Assembly (NCBI GenBank): GCA_946409405.1 | Contig: CAMJWL010000001.1 | Location: forward strand, 310 to 64,309 | Reading direction: 5' to 3' | DNA from: an uncultured Bacteroidales bacterium | GTDB lineage: Bacteria > Bacteroidota > Bacteroidia > Bacteroidales > UBA3824 | Length of the DNA: 64,000 nt | Made by a program: the position numbers and the translations under genes | The notes under the pieces: generated by a model | The model's input: only the letters and a program-made list of their open reading frames with translations | Databases searched by the model: none | Told to the model about the DNA's origin: nothing | Shown here: in pieces, positions 24,884-33,732 of the stretch | Layout of the letters: each line of letters starts with the position of its first letter | Position numbering within the stretch: the stretch's first letter is position 1

Positions 24884-26150
24884 CAGTTAAATATTTGGTT
24901 TTCTTGGCTTTAACTGCAATCAGCAACGACGGCAATGCGCACACTGTAACCCACACAAAAAACATTGTGTATCCCATGATGCTTTGCAGCCAGCCGCTCA
25001 CCATGCCAGGCAGCATCATGCCCGCCGCCATAAATGCCGTGCTGATAGCGTAGTGCGACGTGGAATATTCGCCTTTGGAAATCCTTAGCATGAACACCGA
25101 ATAGGCCGCAAAACCGAATCCGTAGCCAAATTGTTCGATGCAGACCGTTGCCGCCACTGCAAGCCAACTGCTGCACTCTGTTGCGGAAAGTATGGCGTAC
25201 ATTATGTCGGGCAAATTTAAACACATAATCATTGGTATCAGCCAATATTTAAGACCGTTGCGGGCGATTACAATGCCGCCCAGTATGCCGCCCACGCTCA
25301 TTGCAATAAGTCCAAAAGTGCCGCTGATGGTGCCTATGGTGTCGGTGTCAAAGCCAAGTCCGCCGTTGTCTGGCGAATCCATCAGGAACGGAATTGCCAT
25401 CTTGGAGAGTTGCGCCTCGCCGAGACGGTAGAGAAGCAAGAGTCCAAGTATTATTAAGATATTGTCTTTCAGGCAAAAAGCCTTCAGTTGCTGCCAAAAA
25501 CTTTCAAAAACGCCGCTAAGGTTTGTGGGTGCGTTAGGCGATGCGGTTGCTGCCTCTGCCTTGGCGGTTTTTGGCAGCATAAATATATGATACACACCGA
25601 ATAAAGCCATCAGCACGCCCAATATTGCAAATGTGATGGTCCACGCCAATTGGACGTTGTATTTTTTCTCCAAGATTCCCGCCAAAATCACCAACGCGCC
25701 TTGGCAAAGCATCATTGCAATTTTATAAAACGTACTTCTCATCCCCACCCAAGCCGCTTGTTGCTTGTCGTCGAGGGCTTCGATGTAGAAACCGTCTGCC
25801 GCGATGTCGTGTGTGGCAGACAAAAACGCCGCCAGCCAAAACAGTATTATTGTGTATGTAAGCCAATTGTCAAAAGGCAACGCCAAACCCACAGAGCCGA
25901 GTGCCGCGCCGAGTAGGATTTGGCACGTTACAATCCAAAACTTGGATGTCCGCAGCATTTCCACCACGGGACTCCACAGCGGTTTGATGAGCCATGGCAG
26001 GTAAAACCAACCCGTGTAAAGGGCTATGTCTGTGTTGCTTAGCCCCTCCACCTTATAAAATATAAGGCTCAGAATCATTACCGCCGTGTAGGGGATGCCC
26101 TCTGCCAAATACAGGGTCGGCACCCAAAATGCAGGTTTGTTTGTTTTCAT
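24873..26150 (-). CDS. ampG: MFS transporter, AmpG (muropeptide permease) family
   Basis: About 12 TM helices. The N-terminus WVPTLYLAEGIPYTAVMILSLIFYK...LPWLIKPLWSP is typical of AmpG-type MFS proteins. Confidence 0.75.
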   Translation of the reverse strand: MKTNKPAFWVPTLYLAEGIPYTAVMILSLIFYKVEGLSNTDIALYTGWFYLPWLIKPLWSPVVEMLRTSKFWIVTCQILLGAALGSVGLALPFDNWLTYTIILFWLAAFLSATHDIAADGFYIEALDDKQQAAWVGMRSTFYKIAMMLCQGALVILAGILEKKYNVQLAWTITFAILGVLMALFGVYHIFMLPKTAKAEAATASPNAPTNLSGVFESFWQQLKAFCLKDNILIILGLLLLYRLGEAQLSKMAIPFLMDSPDNGGLGFDTDTIGTISGTFGLIAMSVGGILGGIVIARNGLKYWLIPMIMCLNLPDIMYAILSATECSSWLAVAATVCIEQFGYGFGFAAYSVFMLRISKGEYSTSHYAISTAFMAAGMMLPGMVSGWLQSIMGYTMFFVWVTVCALPSLLIAVKAKKTKYLTDEH

Positions 26151-26416
26151 AATTTCATTGTATTGTAGTGACCTTACTGGCAGAAATTTTACAAAACATA
26201 AAACTTTTTAGCCATCGACAAAAATAGAGAATTTATATCAGAACACCAAACATTTTTCAAGTGAATGAGTTCGAGGGGGATGTTAATGACGTGTTTTTAT
26301 TGCTAATTATTCCGTTCTCATTTTGAGTAGCCACAAATGTACACAAAATTTTAATCAATAGCAAATATTTTTTGTAAATCCACAACTTTTCTAATGACAC
26401 ACACTTTTTTGGGGAT

Positions 26417-27226
26417 TTAGTTTGTATTTTTATTAGTATCCAAAGAGAATAATTCTTTTAGATAATATACATCGGTAGGAGAAACAATATAATATCTGTA
26501 ATGCTGTGTAAAATCATCAATGACAATTGCATTGTTTGACTTCTGAGTCGAAATTGCAACGGCAGAGATATGCCCATCGGAATATTCAAATGTGCATAAA
26601 ACCACATGATTGCTAAGTTTTTCTTTATACCCTTTTTTCCGTTTATATTTTTTTATTATGGAATCCAATTTGGCAATTTCTGTTTCTGCAAAAACAGATA
26701 TGATTGTTTTCCTTTTTTTTAATTGATTAATCATTCTACGTGCGCCAGAAGTGCTATATTTGCTTGCATACAAATGGTGCAAGATGTTAACCCCTGTTAT
26801 ATATGTTTTTATCAGGTTCGTATTGGACAGACTGTCAAGATATTTTTTTTTCCATGCATTATTTTTATGAAAAAAAATTTTGGACATAGTGAATATTTGC
26901 GCATTAGGATGTAAATTTTGGCTATTAAAAAAAATGTGGTCATCGTTCATAAAACGTATATTTCCATTGGTATCATAAGAAAAACTATTTTTGAAACCCA
27001 AGTCTTCCTTTGAAACCTGTTCAATCGTCTGGTATTTATAATGTTCCATATAATAGCGCGTTATTACTGCGGATGTGTCTTGCACTTCTGCAATGTCTAT
27101 TATTATTGGTGCACCATATATTTTGATTGCATAAATATGCATATAAACACTATCAGAAGGTATTGTCTGTGCTATGCATGATACCTTGACAAGTATTAGT
27201 ATTATTAACATCAACGTTTTTTCCAT
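26417..27226 (-). CDS. candidate immunity protein for the RHS C-terminal toxin (exported, signal peptide)
   Basis: The start at ATG 27226 (MEKTLMLIILILVKVSCIAQ) lies 10 nt after the RHS stop. The gene is AT-rich (37 G+C in 26501-26600 by hand count). The assignment is positional only. Confidence 0.6.
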   Translation of the reverse strand: MEKTLMLIILILVKVSCIAQTIPSDSVYMHIYAIKIYGAPIIIDIAEVQDTSAVITRYYMEHYKYQTIEQVSKEDLGFKNSFSYDTNGNIRFMNDDHIFFNSQNLHPNAQIFTMSKIFFHKNNAWKKKYLDSLSNTNLIKTYITGVNILHHLYASKYSTSGARRMINQLKKRKTIISVFAETEIAKLDSIIKKYKRKKGYKEKLSNHVVLCTFEYSDGHISAVAISTQKSNNAIVIDDFTQHYRYYIVSPTDVYYLKELFSLDTNKNTN

Positions 27227-27236
27227 TATTCTTGAC

Positions 27237-30200
27237 TTAGAAATTAAAAAATTGATATGAAAAAAGATCAAGACGCGCCCCCACGGAGTATGCTTTAAGC
27301 ATACCATGTAGCAAATACGGATGAATACCGATATTCGGTATTCCATTAAGCCATAGGGCTATGGAATTCATATTTACACAATTGATGGAAAATCCCTGAT
27401 AAGGCAAAGCATCTCCAATTTTTCGCATAACAGAAAATACGGTTCTGTTTACTGATAATTTCACTTCATAGCAACCTAAATCTTTATGTATCGGATAATA
27501 TGACGTACTTTTGCTATACGCAAATGCCGATTTTTTAAAACCAGCCGCTTCTTGCATAAAACCTGATTTTGAAGAGACAATTTTTGCTTTTGAACTTTGA
27601 GAACGTTGTTCATCATCGGGACCGTATGATAGAAGAGTATATCCTTCTTCATCGCTTGTAGCACTATGAGAAAAAAAACTTCCCTTTTCCGTTTGTACTA
27701 TTGCATTTGTCGAGTTTATCAGAGAATTAAAGTCCCTTAAATTAGCCATCACTCCCAAGCCATATCCAAAATTGTCCAGTATCGAATTGCCTGTTTTCCC
27801 CAAGTATCCATATTGCAATCCGTATTCCCCTAATGACACCGACCCAAGTCCGAAATTCATGCTTATGGGAATATTTTGTCCGCACATTCTTCCCATCATC
27901 GCCATTCCAAAAGAATTCGAAAATGATCCTGCCATTAGTCCAAGAGTATTTGACATTATTACATTAGAAGACGATACATAATTTCCAAGTCCTCCTGATG
28001 CGGCTCCTATACGCGCACCTAAAAAAGTTGTAGCAATCTTTCCTACAACATTTAACTCTGCTGATTCGCCGATATTATATCCTTGAATACCTCCGCAAAC
28101 TCCTCCTATTGCGTATGGAAGCCATCCCCACCAAAACTCCCCCGTCGGATCCGTATATTTCAGCGGATTGTTCAGGCAATAACTGAACCGGTTGAAGTTT
28201 TGGCTATTGGTAGGATCCTGAATGAGCGGGTCGGGCGACAGGAACTGCGCCAAATACGGGTCGTAGAGCCTTGCGTTGGCGTTGATGAGCGAGAATTGGT
28301 CGAGATGCTCGTGCATCGTGAAGCCACGGGGGAAGTTGTAGCCGAGATTGTTCTTTGTTATCGTGCGGACACCGAAGGGGGTGTATGTCGCTTCGTATTT
28401 GGATTTTACTTTGTCGTCCACGAGTTTCAGGACGCTGCTAACATTGTCTGTAATAGCGTAGTATGTATCGCTCTTGTCGCCTTTTTTGAATACGACAGCC
28501 GCAAGGTTGCCAAAATCTGAAAAGACATAGTGTCGAGATGTTACTACGCCATTGGCATTTTCTTCTTCATAATCAGGAAGATAATATGTTGTTACATTAT
28601 CCTTGTTACATTTATACACCGACTTGATACGCTCATTGTCGGGCGAATAATATATGGTATATATCTTGATTGAATCAGGGTTGCTGTCGTCCGTAATGGT
28701 TTCGGGTTTGCGGAACGGGGTGTACTTTATTCTTTGCTCCAATGACTTGACCGCTCCGTTCTCGTTGTCAACAGACGATACGGCGTGGGGCTGCGACGCT
28801 TTGTATTCGTATTCTCCTATGCCGGTCTGATACAGAATGTTGCCATTGGAGGCGTATTGGTATTCATAGTTGTTGTTAATCTTTGTCAGGCGGTCGGATG
28901 AGTCGTATTTAAATGTTTCTGAGTCGGTATATTTTCCTTTTCGGGAGGTCAAATTTTGGAATCTGTCATACGTAAAGTCAATCCGGTCGCTGCTGCTTCC
29001 GCTGTTTGGCGAACCAAATGTTACATATCTCAATGTGTTGTCCGGATTGAAGTACGAATCTTTGAAAACTCCACCTGTTATTTCTGTTGAATGGCGGCCA
29101 TCTTTTGCATAATTGTCGGAATACAAAGTCCAACAATATTTCCCTGCCAAACTTGTAGAAATATGAATTCCTGCCTTATACGAATATCTTTCCTCAGACT
29201 TGTCAGGGAAGATTTTTGATGCTAATTGTCCATTGTCGTTATAAGAATATTGGTATGTGAAATTTCTGCCGTCAATGGTGTATATTACTTTGGTCATACG
29301 GTCGTACTTGTCGTAGGCGTATGCTATTGCTGATGTAGCATTGTAAAGTTTCGTAAGGCGTTTTTTCTTGTCATATTTATATTTGGTAGTGATACCGCCG
29401 CATTTACGTTGCGCCAATAGTCCGTTAGAATATGTATTTTCGGTGACAACATTTCCTCTTGTCTGTTTGATTGTCCTGCCAAAAGAATCATACACATAAC
29501 TTTCCGTCCCGGCATCGCTGTCGGTGATTGACTTCCGCAAGCCGTTGGGGTAATATTGCAACGATACTGTTGCACTAAGGCTTGTGATTGTCTTGGCTTT
29601 ACCATTGGAAAAATATTTGTAGTTTACTGTCGATTTGTCGGGCATTGTGATTGTTTTGACATTGCCCCAATCGTCGTATTCTGTTACGGTCTTGCGTCCG
29701 TTGTCGGTTACTTCTGTTTTGTTGGCAGAGTACCTGTATGTTATCGCGTGGGCGTTGTCGGTATGCTCCATCAAAGAGCCGTCATAGTCGTATCTATTAA
29801 TGGTTGTCTCTTCGTATGAACCCGCCTTCGATACTATTTTTGTGGGCTTGCCGTGGATATCGTATGTGTATTCCGTGGTGATATTTTGGCTACTCATTGA
29901 TGATACCAGACCAAGTTTTTCTTCCTTTACAATATGCCCTGCATTGTCGTATATGTTTTTCGTCCACGGCGTTGCTGTACCTAATGTCGCCACAAAATAT
30001 CTTGCTCCATTCCAGCCCCTGACAGTTGACTTCCGAGTACTGTCGGGGGAAATGGTTTCTGTATTGAGATCCCACGCATCGTATTTGAACGTGGTTTTCA
30101 GAGGATTGGCATTGTCGGAGGCGTCTGTTTCTGATGTAAGATTGTCAAACTGGTCGTATGTGTATTTCGTTAACGTATTTAGCGGCTTGGAACGCTTTTT

Positions 30201-33047
30201 CGTTACAAGGCGGTGCGAACCGTCGTATTTGTAAATGGTTGACAAGGTGTCGCTCCCCTTGCCGAAAGTGTGCTGCTCCGTGATATTGCCGTAGTTGTCG
30301 TATTTACAAAGAGTGGTCAAAGCAAAGTTGGTGTTGTAGTTTTCAACGGACTTTGTTACGTAGCCCTTTTGCGTATTGTACTCAAAATACTCTTGGGTTG
30401 AAAATGCTTTTGTGTCGTCAGGATGTTTTTGCTCTGTTACGACAAGGCTGGGTTGGTAGATGCCGCCCGACAGGACATAGTTTTGGTACTTTTGCAGTTT
30501 GTAACTTTTGTCGTTAAAGACTGTCTTGCTGCTCAAAATGTATCCGTGTTTAGTGTCGTATGTATTTGACGTTACGTATTTTTGGTTATAGCGGTCTGTT
30601 CCTGTAATGGTTGATGGGTATGCAAAATGCCTTTTCCCTGATAGTTTGCTGAATGACCATTCTGTTTCTTTACACTCGAACCATGCGCCTGTACTTGTTG
30701 TGCGCACCTTTTGCGGTACATAGTAATCCATGTTCCATTCGTCAACCATAGTTACCGTGCTCTCTACCAAATCAGGATACCTTACTTCCCTATATTCGTA
30801 TCCTAAAATGCCTTTGCCTTGTAGATGCGTCAGAAGGTATTTGTACTTGTAATTGATAGTCATGCTTGGTGCAACACCGTTGTGTTGTGTTGTAGATGAA
30901 ACAACAGCCAGCGGGTAAACCTTCTCAACCATAGGGTATTTTACAGTTCCTGATTTTGAATATATTTTTGGGTCCGTCAGATTGCCGTAGTTTATGGATA
31001 GATTTCTTTCGTTAAATTCTGAAATCCACGTGATTTTGTTATACGCATTGGCGTATGAATCAGAATAAAATGGCCTGTATGCGTATAATTTGCCGTTGAC
31101 ATCCACACGTAATACCTCCTGATAGCCATCTCCGTTGAAATCGCCTGTTACAAAATTATAATAAACGCGCGCCACGTCGCCGTCCCATTCTCGATTGTAT
31201 GCTATTGTGAACCTGTTGCCTTCGGATTTAAGCCAATAGTCATAATTTTTTGAGTGGCGATAATATTCTTTGCGTCCGGAATGTTTGAACATCGCCTTAG
31301 AAACAAGCAAGTCTGCCTTGCCGTCGCAGTTGAAATCCGTTACTTCCACACAAAACTGGTCATCGTCCTTTTTTGTATCGGTAATGTCATATATGCCCGT
31401 CAGGTCGATGGCAGTAATCGATGTGAAACTGCGGTTGCCGTTGTTTTTCAATATATTGAAAGTGCTTTCACCCTTGACATTGTACAGAATTTCCGATACG
31501 CCGTCGCCGTCAAAATCTCCGACGCGGATTATGGCACAGTCTGTGCTAATTTTGGGAATAGATGTTTTATAGGAGTCGGAAAAAGCCATGTTTAACCTTA
31601 ATCCATATGAATCGGATTTGTCTGCATAACCCTTGTTCCATAATAATGTTGAACTATTTTCGGTTACGACCAAAATGTCTAAAAGCCCATCACCATCGAA
31701 ATCTCCGTTTAAAACACCTTCTGGTCGTTCTGCAAGCGAAACTTGTATGTTGTCATACGTCCCTGAATTATATTGACTAAGCCCCTGAATGTATATTGTA
31801 TATTTGCCATTGTCTTCTTGTGTCTTTCTAGCACACAGCAGACACTCTTTCCCATTGGCAAAATAATCGCCAACTGCAATAGCTGGCATTTCAGGTTCAT
31901 TAGAACCATATCGGTAATCGTCGCATGCGTTGCCATCAAACGTATTGTATGCTTTTATGCTTACATCATACGAAATTTTATTAAGCCCCTTGTTCCTTTC
32001 TGACAAAAACGGTTGTGATACCACCAATAGTTCCGACCTGCCATCGCCATCTATGTCTGCTGCAAATTGCGATGCAACAATATATTTCAAAAGGTCGGAA
32101 AGCCTTTTGTCATAATTAATGTTTTTCTCCAGTTCGATTTTTTTGTAGAATTTTAATGACGAATTGTTGTCAAACAAGTACAAATATGCGTAATGACTGT
32201 CAACAAAAGCAATATCGTCAATGCCGTCGTTATTAAAATCGCCAGAAATTATATCCACATCTTCATAAGAAAAATCAGAAGAATTAGGGACTGCGATTTC
32301 TTTTTTGTTGTTAAATGCAGAAGTTGACGAACTTCCCCACGAAAATTCGGTCGGATATTTTTGCTCGCCCTTTGAATTTTTTTCTACTATTTGCGAAATC
32401 TTGGAAAAACCGTTGCTGCTCACATACGACAAATTGTAACTGCGCCAAAGCACGGCGTTCTTTTTGATGTCTATCTTGCTCAGACGTTTTTTGATTTGGA
32501 ACGGTATTTTGTTGAAACAATTGACCACATCAGTTCTTGTTTCATAGACGAAGCAAATTGTTACTGCTCCTGTTCCTACGCCGTATGCTATCGTAGAGGG
32601 ATATACGCAATTGTTTTCCGTCCTATAAGTGTATGAAATTCTGTTTCCAAAATTGTCCGTTACAGCAAACAGATAATAAACTTGGTAATTGCTGTTTATT
32701 TTTCTGTATTTCAGCGTCTTGCCGTTTTGCTTGACGGTTATTGTGTCGTTTTTCAGTGTAATGTCGGTGTTTGGGTCGTTCTCGATATAATATTTGCCGT
32801 TGGAACCATTTATGAGTCTTTGACCATCCATAGAAAGAGCGACATAGCCGCTATTTGCAACCATATCAGAAGTCTTGTCGTCGTAATAATAATTGCCTGG
32901 TACTCTTGATATTGCGGAAAGACCCGCAATATTGAAACCTAATCCGCACATACCGTTTACCAGCAAGGCTGTTGTATGACAAGAACAACGAGGGCTGCAT
33001 TCCATTGATTCCCATAGGAACTTCAATCGGAATCGTGTAAGTAGCAT
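27237..33047 (-). CDS. RHS/YD-repeat polymorphic toxin body (FG-GAP/VCBS propeller, RHS cocoon, variable C-terminal toxin); N-terminus displaced by a frameshift
   Basis: FG-GAP motifs are present (GDFNNDGIDD, DIDGDGRSE, GDFDGDGLLD, GDFDGDGVSE, DFNCDGKAD, GDFNGDGYQE). There are many YD repeats (YKYDGSHRL, YTYDQFDNL, YVYDSFGRT, and others). The RHS core ends in RLYDPYLAQFLSPDP...NNPLKYTDPTGE. Confidence 0.9.
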   Translation of the reverse strand: MLLTRFRLKFLWESMECSPRCSCHTTALLVNGMCGLGFNIAGLSAISRVPGNYYYDDKTSDMVANSGYVALSMDGQRLINGSNGKYYIENDPNTDITLKNDTITVKQNGKTLKYRKINSNYQVYYLFAVTDNFGNRISYTYRTENNCVYPSTIAYGVGTGAVTICFVYETRTDVVNCFNKIPFQIKKRLSKIDIKKNAVLWRSYNLSYVSSNGFSKISQIVEKNSKGEQKYPTEFSWGSSSTSAFNNKKEIAVPNSSDFSYEDVDIISGDFNNDGIDDIAFVDSHYAYLYLFDNNSSLKFYKKIELEKNINYDKRLSDLLKYIVASQFAADIDGDGRSELLVVSQPFLSERNKGLNKISYDVSIKAYNTFDGNACDDYRYGSNEPEMPAIAVGDYFANGKECLLCARKTQEDNGKYTIYIQGLSQYNSGTYDNIQVSLAERPEGVLNGDFDGDGLLDILVVTENSSTLLWNKGYADKSDSYGLRLNMAFSDSYKTSIPKISTDCAIIRVGDFDGDGVSEILYNVKGESTFNILKNNGNRSFTSITAIDLTGIYDITDTKKDDDQFCVEVTDFNCDGKADLLVSKAMFKHSGRKEYYRHSKNYDYWLKSEGNRFTIAYNREWDGDVARVYYNFVTGDFNGDGYQEVLRVDVNGKLYAYRPFYSDSYANAYNKITWISEFNERNLSINYGNLTDPKIYSKSGTVKYPMVEKVYPLAVVSSTTQHNGVAPSMTINYKYKYLLTHLQGKGILGYEYREVRYPDLVESTVTMVDEWNMDYYVPQKVRTTSTGAWFECKETEWSFSKLSGKRHFAYPSTITGTDRYNQKYVTSNTYDTKHGYILSSKTVFNDKSYKLQKYQNYVLSGGIYQPSLVVTEQKHPDDTKAFSTQEYFEYNTQKGYVTKSVENYNTNFALTTLCKYDNYGNITEQHTFGKGSDTLSTIYKYDGSHRLVTKKRSKPLNTLTKYTYDQFDNLTSETDASDNANPLKTTFKYDAWDLNTETISPDSTRKSTVRGWNGARYFVATLGTATPWTKNIYDNAGHIVKEEKLGLVSSMSSQNITTEYTYDIHGKPTKIVSKAGSYEETTINRYDYDGSLMEHTDNAHAITYRYSANKTEVTDNGRKTVTEYDDWGNVKTITMPDKSTVNYKYFSNGKAKTITSLSATVSLQYYPNGLRKSITDSDAGTESYVYDSFGRTIKQTRGNVVTENTYSNGLLAQRKCGGITTKYKYDKKKRLTKLYNATSAIAYAYDKYDRMTKVIYTIDGRNFTYQYSYNDNGQLASKIFPDKSEERYSYKAGIHISTSLAGKYCWTLYSDNYAKDGRHSTEITGGVFKDSYFNPDNTLRYVTFGSPNSGSSSDRIDFTYDRFQNLTSRKGKYTDSETFKYDSSDRLTKINNNYEYQYASNGNILYQTGIGEYEYKASQPHAVSSVDNENGAVKSLEQRIKYTPFRKPETITDDSNPDSIKIYTIYYSPDNERIKSVYKCNKDNVTTYYLPDYEEENANGVVTSRHYVFSDFGNLAAVVFKKGDKSDTYYAITDNVSSVLKLVDDKVKSKYEATYTPFGVRTITKNNLGYNFPRGFTMHEHLDQFSLINANARLYDPYLAQFLSPDPLIQDPTNSQNFNRFSYCLNNPLKYTDPTGEFWWGWLPYAIGGVCGGIQGYNIGESAELNVVGKIATTFLGARIGAASGGLGNYVSSSNVIMSNTLGLMAGSFSNSFGMAMMGRMCGQNIPISMNFGLGSVSLGEYGLQYGYLGKTGNSILDNFGYGLGVMANLRDFNSLINSTNAIVQTEKGSFFSHSATSDEEGYTLLSYGPDDEQRSQSSKAKIVSSKSGFMQEAAGFKKSAFAYSKSTSYYPIHKDLGCYEVKLSVNRTVFSVMRKIGDALPYQGFSINCVNMNSIALWLNGIPNIGIHPYLLHGMLKAYSVGARLDLFSYQFFNF

Positions 33048-33210
33048 TGCCCAGTTCGCCTACATTAAACGCTCCGCCCATTGGCAAAATCGTATTCGAG
33101 GACGTAGATGTCAGGTCAGGGTTAGTGGGATAACCGTAATCCACAGTTTGCGAATAGGATACAGATTGTAAGGCTACCAAAAATAATAATATCGCTAATA
33201 TTTTTCTCAT
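32866..33210 (-). CDS. signal peptide plus SpvB-like N-terminus of the RHS protein (frame-shifted fragment)
   Basis: MRKILAILLFLVALQSVSYSQ followed by GGAFNVGELGNATYTIPIEVPMGINGMQPSLFLSYNSLAG. The sequence continues in the other frame as NGMCGLGFNIAGLSAISR. Confidence 0.8.
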   Translation of the reverse strand: MRKILAILLFLVALQSVSYSQTVDYGYPTNPDLTSTSSNTILPMGGAFNVGELGNATYTIPIEVPMGINGMQPSLFLSYNSLAGKRYVRIRFQYCGSFRNIKSTRQLLLRRQDF

Positions 33211-33608
33211 TTCTTGATTACCTTAAAAACCTCCGCATGAACATTGTCTGATACCTTTATAATATACGCACCAGATGTAAACTCCGTGAAGTCTATCGAA
33301 AGATTTTCTGACACGTCATCGAATTGCCTAAGTTTTTTGCCAGAAACATCAGAGACAACAATGCTGTAAGTTCCTGACTTGAACTCAATTTCAAGATAAT
33401 CAATTATTGGATTCGGGTGATAGGAAACAACTTTCTTCGCAAGATTTACCCCCTCCACCTGTACGATTATGGGCTTGGTGTCAATCGTACACGGTGAAGT
33501 TTTTACGATGCGCTCGCCGAACTCATTGTATTCAAATTCAACGTGCTGTGCCGATGCTGTCGTTATGGAGACAACTACGAATAAGATTATTATTTGAAAA
33601 TGTTTCAT
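33207..33608 (-). CDS. small secreted protein consisting almost only of a T9SS C-terminal sorting domain
   Basis: Signal peptide, then CTD motifs YHPNPIIDYLEIEF, VSDVSGKKL, SGAYIIKV and the ending FKVIKK. Its stop overlaps the RHS start as ATGA. Confidence 0.75.
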   Translation of the reverse strand: MKHFQIIILFVVVSITTASAQHVEFEYNEFGERIVKTSPCTIDTKPIIVQVEGVNLAKKVVSYHPNPIIDYLEIEFKSGTYSIVVSDVSGKKLRQFDDVSENLSIDFTEFTSGAYIIKVSDNVHAEVFKVIKK

Positions 33609-33732
33609 TTTTTGTTTATTTTTACAGCGCGAAATTAGATAATAATCTACTAAATCATATTTTTTTTTACGTTAATTCTATGTTATATTTTGGTGTATGT
33701 CAAATTTGTTCTAATCTCGCGTAGCGACTACC

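Noticed and set aside
26417-27346. 309-aa version of the immunity ORF, and similar 5' extensions of 35523-36431, 49271-49876, 51550-52917, 46852-47373 and 55024-56043
   Set aside because: The extensions overlap the preceding gene or lack a signal sequence. In each case an internal ATG immediately precedes a clean signal peptide, lipobox or conserved N-terminus.
32951-32975. The half-sites TTTACCAG and CAAGGCTG of the 22-nt leader motif occur adjacent to each other exactly at the RHS frameshift site
   Set aside because: The central 14 nt of the motif are missing, and the sequence is explained by the conserved SLAG(N)G codons. I treat it as coincidence, although a genome-wide motif search would settle it.
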